From: the human T2T-CHM13v2.0 reference genome, Homo sapiens
Direction: 5' to 3' (one strand)
NCBI RefSeq assembly: GCF_009914755.1
Contig: NC_060937.1
Length of the DNA: 64,000 nucleotides
Shown: positions 44,010 through 58,000 of the stretch, in pieces
How the letters are laid out: each line of letters starts with the position of its first letter
How positions within the stretch are numbered: the stretch's first letter is position 1
Notes under the pieces: generated by a model
Database searches by the model: none
What the model was told of the DNA's origin: nothing
The model's input: only the letters and a program-made list of their open reading frames with translations
Translations under genes and position numbers: made by a program

Positions 44010-46980
44010 TATTATATACTCTACATAAAATATCAAAGTACCCATGGTATATATTCTATACTGTACAAAAAATATCAAAGTACCCAAAGCATGTATTATA
44101 TACTGTACATAAAATATGAAAGTACATCAAATATATATTTTATTCTGTATATAAAATATCAAAGTACACCAGATATATATTCTATAGTGTACATAAAATA
44201 TCAAAGTACCCAAACTATACATTATATAGTGTACATAAAATATGAAATTACATCAAATATATATTATATTAGGTACATAAATTATGAAAGTACATCAAAT
44301 ATAGATTATATACTGTACATAAAACATCAAAGTACCCCAAATATATATTATATACTCTACATGAAATATCAAAGTTCACAAACTATATATTATATACTGT
44401 ACATAAAATATCAAAGTACCCAAGGTATATATTCTATACTGTACAAAAAATATCAAAGTACCCAAAGCATGTATTATATACTGTACATAAAATATGAAAG
44501 TACATCAAATATATATTTTATTCTGTACATAAAATATCAAAGTACACCAGATATATATTCTATAGTGTACATAAAATAACAAAGTACACAAACTATAAAG
44601 TATATACTGTACATAAAATATGCAATTACATCAAATATATTTTAGGTACATAAAATATGAAAGTACATCAAATATAGATTATATACTGTACATATAATAT
44701 CAATGTATCCCAAATATATATTTTATACTCTACATGAAATATCAAAGTTCACAAACCATACATTATATACTGTACATAAAATATCAAAGTACCCAAGGTA
44801 TATATTCTATACTGTACAAAAAATATCAAAGTACCCAAACCATGTATTATATACTGTACATAAAATATGAAAGTATATCAAATATATATTTTATTCTGTA
44901 CATAAAATATCAAAGTACACCAGATATATATTCTATAGTGTACATAAAATATCAAAGTACCCAAACTATACATTATATACTGTACATAAAATATGAAATT
45001 ACATCAAATATTTATTATATTAGGTACATAAAATATGAAAGTACATCAAATATAGATTATATACTGTTCATAAAATATCAAAGTACCCCAAATATATATT
45101 ATATACTCTACATGAAATATCAAAGTTCACAAACTATATATTATATACTGTACATAAAACATCATAGTACCCAAGGTATATATTCTATACTGTAGAAAAA
45201 ATATCAAAGTACCCAAAGCATGTATTATATACTGTATATAAAATATGAAAGTACATTAAATATATATTTTATTCTGTACATAAAATATCAAAGTACACCA
45301 GATATATATTCTACAGTGTACATAAAATAACAAAGTACACAAACTATAAATTATATACTGTACATAAAATATGAAATTACATCAAATATATATTAGGTAC
45401 ATAAAATATGAAAGTACATCAAATATAGATTATATACTGTACATATAATATCAATGTACCCCAAATATATATTTTATACTCTACATGAAATATCAAAGTT
45501 CATAAACTATATATTATATACTCTACATAAAATATCAAAGTACCCATGGTATATATTCTATACTGTACAAAAAATATCAAAGTACCCAAAGCATGTATTA
45601 TATACTGTACATAAAATATGAAAGTACATCAAATATATATTTTATTCTGTATATAAAATATCAAAGTACACCAGATATATATTCTATAGTGTACATAAAA
45701 TATCAAAGTACCCAAACTATACATTATATACTGTACATAAAATATGAAATTACATCAAATATATATTATATTAGGTACATAAAATATGAAAGTACATCAA
45801 ATATAGATTATATACTGTACATAAAACATCAAAGTACCCCAAATATATATTATATACTCTACATGAAATATCAAAGTTCACAAACTATATATTATATACT
45901 GTACATAAAATATCAAAGTACCCAAGGTATATATTCTATACTGTACAAAAAATATCAAAGTACCCAAAGCATGTATTATATACTGTACATAAAATATGAA
46001 AGTACATCAAATATATATTTTATTCTGTACATAAAATATCAAAGTACACCAGATATATATTCTATAGTGTACATAAAATAACAAAGTACACAAACTATAA
46101 AGTATATACTGTACATAAAATATGCAATTACATCAAATATATTTTAGGTACATAAAATATGAAAGTACATCAAATATAGATTATATACTGTACATATAAT
46201 ATCAATGTACCCCAAATATATATTTTATACTCTACATGAAATATCAAAGTTCACAAACCATACATTATATACTGTACATAAAATATCAAAGTACACAAGG
46301 TATATATTCTATACTGTACAAAAAATATCAAAGTACCCAAACCATGTATTATATACTGTACATAAAATATGAAAGTACATCAAATATATATTTTATTCTG
46401 TACATAAAATATCAAAGTACACCAGATATATATTCTATAGTGTACATAAAATATCAAAGTACCCAAACTATACATTATATACTGTACATAAAATATGAAA
46501 TTACATCAAATATTTATTATATTAGGTACATAAAATATGAAAGTACATCAAATATAGATTATATACTGTTCATAAAATATCAAAGTACCCCAAATATATA
46601 TTATATACTCTACATGAAATATCAAAGTTCACAAACTATATATTATATACTGTACATAAAACATCATAGTACCCAAGGTATATATTCTATACTGTAGAAA
46701 AAATATCAAAGTACCCAAAGCATGTATTATATACTGTATATAAAATATGAAAGTACATTAAATATATATTTTATTCTGTACATAAAATATCAAAGTACAC
46801 CAGATATATATTCTACAGTGTACATAAAATAACAAAGTACACAAACTATAAATTATATACTGTACATAAAATATGAAATTACATCAAATATATATTAGGT
46901 ACATAAAATATGAAAGTACATCAAATATAGATTATATACTGTACATATAATATCAATGTACCCCAAATATATATTTTATA
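44010..46980 (+). repeat. Tandem duplication, period 1502 bp (4 units)
   Basis: ORFs 44734/46236; private variants ACTATAAAGTAT (~44592/~46094), AAACATCATAGT (~45157/~46659), TCTACAGTG (~45310/~46812). Confidence 0.87.
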
Positions 46981-49900
46981 CTCTACATGAAATATCAAAG
47001 TTCACAAACCATATATTATATACTGTACATAAAATATCAAAGTACCCAAGGTATATATTCTATAATGTACAAAAAATATCAAAGTACCCAAAGCATGTAT
47101 TATATACTGTACATAAAATATGAAAGTACATCAAATATATATTTTATTCTGTACATAAAATATCAAAGTACACCAGATATATATTCTATAGTGTACATAA
47201 AATATCAAAGTACCCCAACTATACATTATACACTGTACATAAAATATGAAATTACATCAAATATATATTAGGTACATTAAATATGAAAGTACATCAAATA
47301 TAGATTATATACTGTACATAAAATATCAAAGTACCCCAAATATATATTATATACTCTACATGAAATATCAAAGTTCACAAACTATATATTATATACTGTA
47401 AATAAAATATCAAAGTACCCAAGGTATATATTCTATACTGTACAAAAAATATCAAAGTACCCAAAGCATGTATTATATACTGTACATAAAATATGAAAGT
47501 ACATCAAATATATATTTTATTCTGTACATAAAATATCAAAGTACACCAGATATATATTCTATAGTGTACATAAAATAACAAAGTACACAAACTATAAATT
47601 ATATACTGTACATAAAATATGAAATTACATCAAATATATATTAGGTACATAAAATATGAAAGTGCATCAAATATAGATTATATACTGTACATAAAATATC
47701 AATGTACCCCAAATATATATTTTATACTCTACATGAAATATCAAAGTTCACAAACCATATATTATATACTGTACATAAAATATCAAAGTACCCAAGGTAT
47801 ATATTCTATACTGTACAAAAAATATCAAAGTACACAAAGCATGTATTATATACTGTACATAAAATATGAAAGTACATCAAATATATATTTTATTCTGTAC
47901 ATAAAATATCAAAGTACACCAGATATATATTCTATAGTGTACATAAAATATCAAAGTACCCAAACTATACATTATACACTGTAGATAAAATATGAAATTA
48001 CATCAAATATATATTATATTAGGTACATAAAATATGAAAGCACATCAAATATAGATTATATACTGAACATTAAGTACCAAAGTACCCCAAATATATATTT
48101 TATACTGTACATCAAATATCAAAGTTCACAAACTATATATTATATACTGTACATAAAATATCAAAGTACCCATGGTATATATTCTATACTGTACAAAAAA
48201 TATCAAAGTACCCAAAGCATGTATTATATACTGTACATAAAATATGAAAGTACATCAAATATATATTTTATTCTGTATATAAAATATCAAAGTACACCAG
48301 ATATATATTCTATAGTGTACCTAAAATATCAAAGTACCCAAACTATACATTATATACTGTACATAAAATATGAAATTACATCAAATATATATTAGGTACT
48401 TAAAATATGAAAGTACATCAAATATAGATTATATACTGTACATAAAATATCAAAGTAACCCAAATATATATTATATATTCTACATGAAATATCAAATTTC
48501 ACAAACTATATATAATATACTGTAAATAAAATATCAAAATTCCCAAGGTATATATTCTATACTGTACAAAAAATATCAAAGTACCCAAAGCATGTATTAT
48601 ATACTGTATATAAAATATGAAAGTACATCAAATATATATTTTATTCTGTACATAAAATATCAAAGTACACCAGATATATATTCTATAGTGTACATAAAAT
48701 AACAAAGTACACAAACTATAAATTATATACTGTACATAAAATATGAAATTACATCAAATATATTAGGTACATAAAATATGAAAGTACATCAAATATAGAT
48801 TATATACTGTACATAAAATATCAATGTACCCCAAATATATATTTTATACTCTACATGAAATATCAAAGTTCACAAACCATATATTATATACTGTACATAA
48901 AATATCAAAGTACCCAAGGTATATATTCTATACTGTACAAAAAATATCAAAGTACTCAAAGCATGTATTATATACTGTACATAAAATATGAAAGTACATC
49001 AAATATATATTTTATTCTGTACATAAAATATCAAAGTACACCAGATATATATTCTATAGTGTACATAAAATATCAAAGTACCCAAACTATACATTATACA
49101 CTGTACATAAAATATGAAATTACATCACATATATATTATATTAGGTACATAAAATATGAAAGCACATCAAATATAGATTATATACTGTACATTAAATACC
49201 AAAGTACCCCAAATATATATTTTATACTGTACATCAAAATCAAAGTTCACAAACTATATATTATATACTGTACATAAAATATCAAAATATCCATGGTATA
49301 TATTCTATACTGTACAAAAAATATCAAAGTACCCAAAGCATGTATTATATACTGTACATAAAATATGAAAGTACATCAAATATATATTTTATTCTGTACA
49401 TAAAATATCAAAGTACACCAGATATATATTCTATAGTGTACATAAAATATCAAAGTACCCAAACTATACATTATATACTGTACATAAAATATGAAATTAC
49501 ATCAAATATATATTATATTAGGTACATAAAATATGAAAGTACATCAAATATAGATTATATACTGTACATAAAATATCAAAGTACCCCAAATATATATTAT
49601 ATACTCTACATGAAATATCAAAGTTCACAAACTATATATTATATACTGTACATAAAATATAAAAGTACCCAAGGTATATATTCTATACTGTACAAAAAAT
49701 ATCAAAGTACCCAAAGCATGTATTATATACTGTATATAAAATATGAAAGTACATTAAATATATATTTTATTCTGTTTATAAAATATCAAAGTACACCAGA
49801 TATATATTCTATAGTGTACATAAAATAACAAAGTACACAAACTATAAATTATATACTGTACATAAAATATGAAATTACATCAAATATATACTAGGTACAT

Positions 49901-51339
49901 AAAATATGAAAGTATATCAAATATAGATTATATACTGTACATATAATATCAATGTACCCCAAATATATATTTTATACTCTACATGAAATATCAAAGTTCA
50001 CTAACCATACATTATATACTGTACATAAAATATCAAAGTACCCAAGGTATATATTCTACACTGTACAAAAAATATCAAAGTACCCAAAGCATGTATTATA
50101 TACTGTACATAAAATATGAAAGTACATCAAATATATATTTTATTCTGTACATAAAATATCAAGGTACACCAGATATATATTCTATAGTGTACATAAAATA
50201 TCAAAGTACCCAAACTATACATTATATACTGTACATAAAATATGAAATTACATCAAATATATATTAAGTACATAAAATATGAAAGTACATCAAATATAGA
50301 TTATATACTGTACATAAAATATCAATGTACCCCAAATATATATTTTATACTCTACATGAAATATCAAATTTCACAAACCATATATTATATACTGTACATA
50401 AATATCAAAGTACCCAAGGTATATATTCTATACTGTACAAAAAATATCAAAGTACCCAAAGCATGTATTATATACTGTACATAAAATATGAAAGTACATC
50501 AAATATATATTTTATTCTGTACATAAAATATCAAAGTACACCAGATATATATTCTATAGTGTACATAAAATATCAAAGTACCCAAACTATACATTATACA
50601 CTGTACATAAAATATGAAATTACATCAAATATATATTATATTAGGTACATAAAATATGAAAGCACATCAAATATAGATTATATACTGAACATTAAATACC
50701 AAAGTACCCCAAATATATATTTTATACTGTACATCAAATATCAAAGTTCACAAACTATATATTATATACTCTACATAAAATATCAAAGTACCCATGGTAT
50801 ATATTCTATACTGTACAAAAAATATCAAAGTACCCAAAGCATGTATTATATAGTGTACATAAAATATGAAAGTACATCAAATATATATTTTATTCTGTAT
50901 ATAAAATATCAAAGTACACCAGATATATATTCTATAGTGTACATAAAATATCAAAATACCCAAACTATACATTATATACTGTACATAAAATATGAAATTA
51001 CATCAAATATATATTATATTAGGTACATAAAATATGAAAGTACATCAAATATAGATTATATACTGTACATAAAACATCAAAGTACCCCAAATATATATTA
51101 TATACTCTACATGAAATATCAAAGTTCACAAACTATATATTATATACTGTACATAAAATATCAAAGTACCCAAGGTATATATTCTATACTGTACAAAAAA
51201 TATCAAAGTACCCAAAGCATGTATTATATACTGTACATAAAATATGAAAGTACATCAAATATATATTTTATTCTGTACATAAAATATCAAAGTACACCAG
51301 ATATATATTCTATAGTGTACATAAAATAACAAAGTACAC

Positions 51340-54300
51340 AAACTATAAATTATATACTGTACATAAAATATGCAATTACATCAAATATATTTTAGGTACA
51401 TAAAATATGAAAGTACATCAAATATAGATTATATACTGTACATAAAACATCAAAGTACCCCAAATATATATTATATACTCTACATGAAATATCAAAGTTC
51501 ACAAACTATATATTATATACTGTACATAAAATATCAAAGTACCCAAGGTATATATTCTATACTGTACAAAAAATATCAAAGTACCCAAAGCATGTATTAT
51601 ATACTGTACATAAAATATCAAAGTACATCAAATATATATTTTATTCTGTACATAAAATATCAAAGTACACCAGATATATATTCTATAGTGTACATAAAAT
51701 ATCAAAGTACCCAAACTATACATTATATACTGTACATAAAATATGAAATTACATCAAATATATATTATATTAGGTACATAAAATATGAAAGTACATCAAA
51801 TATAGATTATATACTGTTCATAAAATATCAAAGTACCCCAAATATATATTATATACTCTACATGAAATATCAAAGTTCACAAACTATATATTATATACTG
51901 TACATAAAATATCATAGTACCCAAGGTATATATTCTATACTGTAGAAAAAATATCAAAGTATCCAAAGCATGTATTATATACTGTATATAAAATATGAAA
52001 GTACATTAAATATATATTTTATTCTGTACATAAAATATCAAAGTACACCAGATATATATTCTATAGTGTACATAAAATAACAAAGTACACAAACTATAAA
52101 TTATATACTGTACATAAAATATGAAATAACATCAAATATATATTAGGTACATAAAATATGAAAGTACATCAAATATAGATTATATACTGTACATATAATA
52201 TCAATGTACCCCAAATATATATTTTATACTCTACATGAAATATCAAAGTTCACAAACCATACATTATATACTGTACATAAAATATCAAAGTACCCAAGGT
52301 ATATATTCTATAATGTACAAAAAATATCAAAGTACCCAAAGCATGTATTATATACTGTACATAAAATATGAAAGTACATCAAATATATATTTTATTCTGT
52401 ACATAAAATATCAAAGTACACCAGATATATATTCTATAGTGTACATAAAATATCAAAGTACCCCAACTATACATTATACACTGTACATAAAATATGAAAT
52501 TACATCAAATATATATTAGGTACATTAAATATGAAAGTACATCAAATATAGATTATATACAGTACATAAAATATCAAAGTACCCCAAATATATATTATAT
52601 ACTCTACATGAAATATCAAAGTTCACAAACTATATATTATATACTGTAAATAAAATATCAAAGTACCCAAGGTATATATTCTATACTGTACAAAAAATAT
52701 CAAAGTACCCAAAGCATGTATTATATACTGTACATAAAATATGAAATTACATCAAATATATATTTTATTCTGTACATAAAATATCAAAGTACACCAGATA
52801 TATATTCTATAGTGTACATAAAATAACAAAGTACACAAACTATAAATTATATACTGTACATAAAATATGAAATTACATCAAATATATATTAGGTACATAA
52901 AATATGAAAGTGCATCAAATATAGATTATATACTGTACATAAAATATAAATGTACCCCAAAAATATATTTTATTCTCTACATGAAATATCAAAGTTCACA
53001 AACCATATATTATATACTGTACATAAAATATCAAAGTACCCAAGGTATATATTCTATACTGTACAAAAAATATCAAAGTACACAAAGCATGTATTATATA
53101 CTGTACATAAAATATGAAAGTACATCAAATATATATTTTATTCTGTACATAAAATATCAAAGTACACCAGATATATATTCTATAGTGTACATAAAATATC
53201 AAAAGTACACAAACTATAAATTATATACTGTACATAAAATATGCAATTACATCAAATATATTTTAGGTACATAAAATATGAAAGTACATCAAATATAGAT
53301 TATATACTGTACATAAAACATCAAAGTACCCCAAATATATATTATATACTCTACATGAAATATCAAAGTTCACAAACTATATATTATATACTGTACATAA
53401 AATATCAAAGTACCCAAGGTATATATTCTATACTGTACAAAAAATATCAAAGTACCCAAAGCATGTATTATATACTGTACATAAAATATGAAAGTACATC
53501 AAATATATATTTTATTCTGTACATAAAATATCAAAGTACACCAGATATATATTCTATAGTGTACATAAAATATCAAAGTACCCAAACTATACATTATATA
53601 CTGTACATAAAATATGAAATTACATCAAATATATATTATATTAGGTACATAAAATATGAAAGTACATCAAATATAGATTATATACTGTTCATAAAATATC
53701 AAAGTACCCCAAATATATATTATATACTCTACATGAAATATCAAAGTTCACAAACTATATATTATATACTGTACATAAAATATCATAGTACCCAAGGTAT
53801 ATATTCTATACTGTAGAAAAAATATCAAAGTATCCAAAGCATGTATTATATACTGTATATAAAATATGAAAGTACATTAAATATATATTTTATTCTGTAC
53901 ATAAAATATCAAAGTACACCAGATATATATTCTATAGTGTACATAAAATAACAAAGTACACAAACTATAAATTATATACTGTACATAAAATATGAAATTA
54001 CATCAAATATATATTAGGTACATAAAATATGAAAGTACATCAAATATAGATTATATACTGTACATATAATATCAATGTACCCCAAATATATATTTTATAC
54101 TCTACATGAAATATCAAAGTTCACAAACCATACATTATATACTGTACATAAAATATCAAAGTACCCAAGGTATATATTCTATAATGTACAAAAAATATCA
54201 AAGTACCCAAAGCATGTATTATATACTGTACATAAAATATGAAAGTACATCAAATATATATTTTATTCTGTACATAAAATATCAAAGTACACCAGATATA

Positions 54301-55070
54301 TATTCTATAGTGTACATAAAATATCAAAGTACCCCAACTATACATTATACACTGTACATAAAATATGAAATTACATCAAATATATATTAGGTACATTAAA
54401 TATGAAAGTACATCAAATATAGATTATATACAGTACATAAAATATCAAAGTACCCCAAATATATATTATATACTCTACATGAAATATCAAAGTTCACAAA
54501 CTATATATTATATACTGTAAATAAAATATCAAAGTACCCAAGGTATATATTCTATACTGTGCAAAAAATATCAAAGTACCCAAAGCATGGATTATATACT
54601 GTACATAAAATATGAAATTACATCAAATATATATTTTATTCTGTACATAAAATATCAAAGTACACCAGATATATATTCTATAGTGTACATAAAATAACAA
54701 AGTACACAAACTATAAATTATATACTGTACATAAAATATGAAATTACATCAAATATATATTAGGTACATAAAATATGAAAGTGCATCAAATATAGATTAT
54801 ATACTGTACATAAAATATCAATGTACCCCAAATATATATTTTATTCTCTACATGAAATATCAAAGTTCACAAACCATATATTATATACTGTACATAAAAT
54901 ATCAAAGTACCCAAGGTATATATTCTATACTGTACAAAAAATATCAAAGTACACAAAGCATGTATTATATACTGTACATAAAATATGAAAGTACATCAAA
55001 TATATATTTTATTCTGTACATAAAATATCAAAGTACACCAGATATATATTCTATAGTGTACATAAAATAT
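51340..55070 (+). repeat. Tandem duplication, period 1871 bp (5 units + 1 bp)
   Basis: ORFs 51370/53241, 52235/54106, 52867/54738; private T>A variant (TACAGTAC) at 52561 and 54432; extra A at the junction TATCAAAAGTACAC near 53200. Confidence 0.9.
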
Positions 55071-58000
55071 CAAAGTACCCAAACTATACATTATACACTG
55101 TACATAAAATATGAAATTACATCAAATATATATTATATTAGGTACATAAAATATGAAAGCACATCAAATATAGATTATATACTGAACATTAAATACCAAA
55201 GTACCCCAAATATATATTTTATACTGTACATCAAATATCAAAGTTCACAAACTATATATTATATACTCTACATAAAATATCAAAGTACCCATGGTATATA
55301 TTCTATACTGTACAAAAAATATCAAAGTACCCAAAGCATGTATTATATACTGTACATAAAATATGAAAGTACATCAAATATATATTTTATTCTGTATATA
55401 AAATATCAAAGTACACCAGATATATATTCTATAGTGTACATAAAATATCAAATTACCCAAACTATACATTATATACTGTACATAAAATATGAAATTACAT
55501 CAAATATATATTATATTAGGTACATAAAATATGAAAGTACATCAAATATAGATTATATACTGTACATAAAATATCAAAGAACCCCAAATATGTATTATAT
55601 ACTCTACATGAAATATCAAAGTTCAAAAACTATATATTATATACTGTACATAAAATATCAAAGTACCCAAGGTATATATTCTATAATGTACAAAAAATAT
55701 CAAAGTACCCAAAGCGTGTATTATATACTGTATATAAAATATGAAATTACATCAAATATATATTTTATTCTGTACATAAAATATCAAAGTACACCAGATA
55801 TATATTCTATAGTGTACATAAAATATCAAAGTACCCAAACTATACATTATACACTGTACATAAAATATGAAATTACATCAAATATATATTATATTAGGGT
55901 CATAAAATATGAAAGTACATCAAATATAGATTATATACTGTACATTAAATACCAAAGTACCCCAAATATATATTTTATACTGTACATGAAATATCAAAGT
56001 TCACAAACTACATATTACATACTGTACATAAAATATCAAAGTACCCAAGGTATATATTCTATACTGTACAAAAAATATCAAAGTACCCAAAGCATGTATT
56101 ATATACTGTACCTAAAATATGAAAGTACATCAAATATATATTTTATTCTGTACATAAAATATCAAATTACACCACATATATATTCTATAGTGTACATAAA
56201 ATATCAAAGTACCCAAACTATACATTATATACTGTATATAAAATATGAAATTACATCAAATATATATTATATTAGGTACATAAAATATGAAAGTACATCA
56301 AATATAGATTATACACTGTACATAAAATATCAAAGTACCCCAAATATATATTATATACTCTACATGAAATATCAAAGTTCACAAACTATATATTATATAC
56401 TGTACATAAAATAAAGTCCCCAAGGTATATATTCTATACTGTAGAAAAAATATCAAAGTACCCAAAGCAAGTATTATATACTGTATATAAAATATGAAAG
56501 TACATCAAATATATATTTTATTCTGTACATAATATATCAATGTACACCAGATATATATTCTATAGTGTACATAAAATAACAAAGTACAAAAACTATAAAT
56601 TATATACTGTACATAAAATATGAAATTACATCAAATATATATTAGGTACATAAAATATGAAAGTACATCAAATATAGATTATATACTGTACATAAAATTT
56701 CAATGTACCCCAAATATATATTTTATACTCTACATGAAATATCAAAGTTCACAAACCATATATTATATACTGTACATAAAATATCAAAGTACCCAAGGTA
56801 TATATTCTATACTATACAAAAAATTTCAAAGTACCCAAAGCATGTATTATATACTGTACCTAAAATATGAAAGTACATCAAATATATATTTTATTCTGTA
56901 CATAAAATATCAAAGTACTCCAGATATATATCCTATAGTGTACATAAAATATCAAAGTACCCAAACTATACATTATATACTGTACATAAAATATGAAATT
57001 ACATCAAATATATTTTATATTAGGTACATAAAATATGAAAGTACATCAAATATAGATTATATACTGTACATTAAATACCAAAGTACCCCAAATATATATT
57101 TTATACTATACATGAAATATCAAAGTTCACAAACTATATATTATATACTGTACATATAATATCAAAGTACCCAAGGTATATATTCAATACTGTACAAAAA
57201 ATAACAAAGTACCAAAATCATGTATAATATACTGTACATAAAATATGAAAGTACATCAAATATATATTTTATTCTGTACATAAAATATCAAAGTACACCA
57301 GATATATATTCTATAGTGTACATAAAATATCAAAGTACCCAAACTATACATTATATACTGTACATAAAATATGAAATTACATCAAATATATATTATATTA
57401 GGTACATAAAATATGAAAGTACATCAAATATAGATTATACACTGTACATAAAATATCAAAGTACCCCAAATATATATTATATACTCTACATGAAATATCA
57501 AAGTTCACAAACTATATATTATATACTGTACATAAAATAAAGTCCCCAAGGTATATATTCTATACTGTAGAAAAAATATCAAAGTACCCAAATCATGTAT
57601 TATATACTGTATATAAAATATGAAAGTACATCAAATATATATTTTATTCTGTACATAAAATATCAAAGTACACCAGATATATATTCTATAGTGTACATAA
57701 AATAACAAAGTACACAAACTATAAATTATATACTGTACATAAAATATGAAATTACATCAAATATATATTAGGTACATAAAATATGAAAGTACATCAAATA
57801 TAGATTATATACTGTACATAAAATATCAATGTACCCCAAATATATATTTTATACTCTACATGAAATATCAAAGTACACAAACCATATATTATATACTGTA
57901 CATAAAATATCAAAGTACCCAAGGTATATATTCTATACTGTACAAAAAATATCAAAGTACCCAAAGCATGTATTATATACTGTACATAAAATATGAAATT

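Noticed and set aside
54738-56414. Longest ORF (558 aa) as a repeat-protein gene
   Set aside because: It is simply a run of consecutive 378-bp units without a stop variant, ended by a 3-bp deletion that creates TAA.
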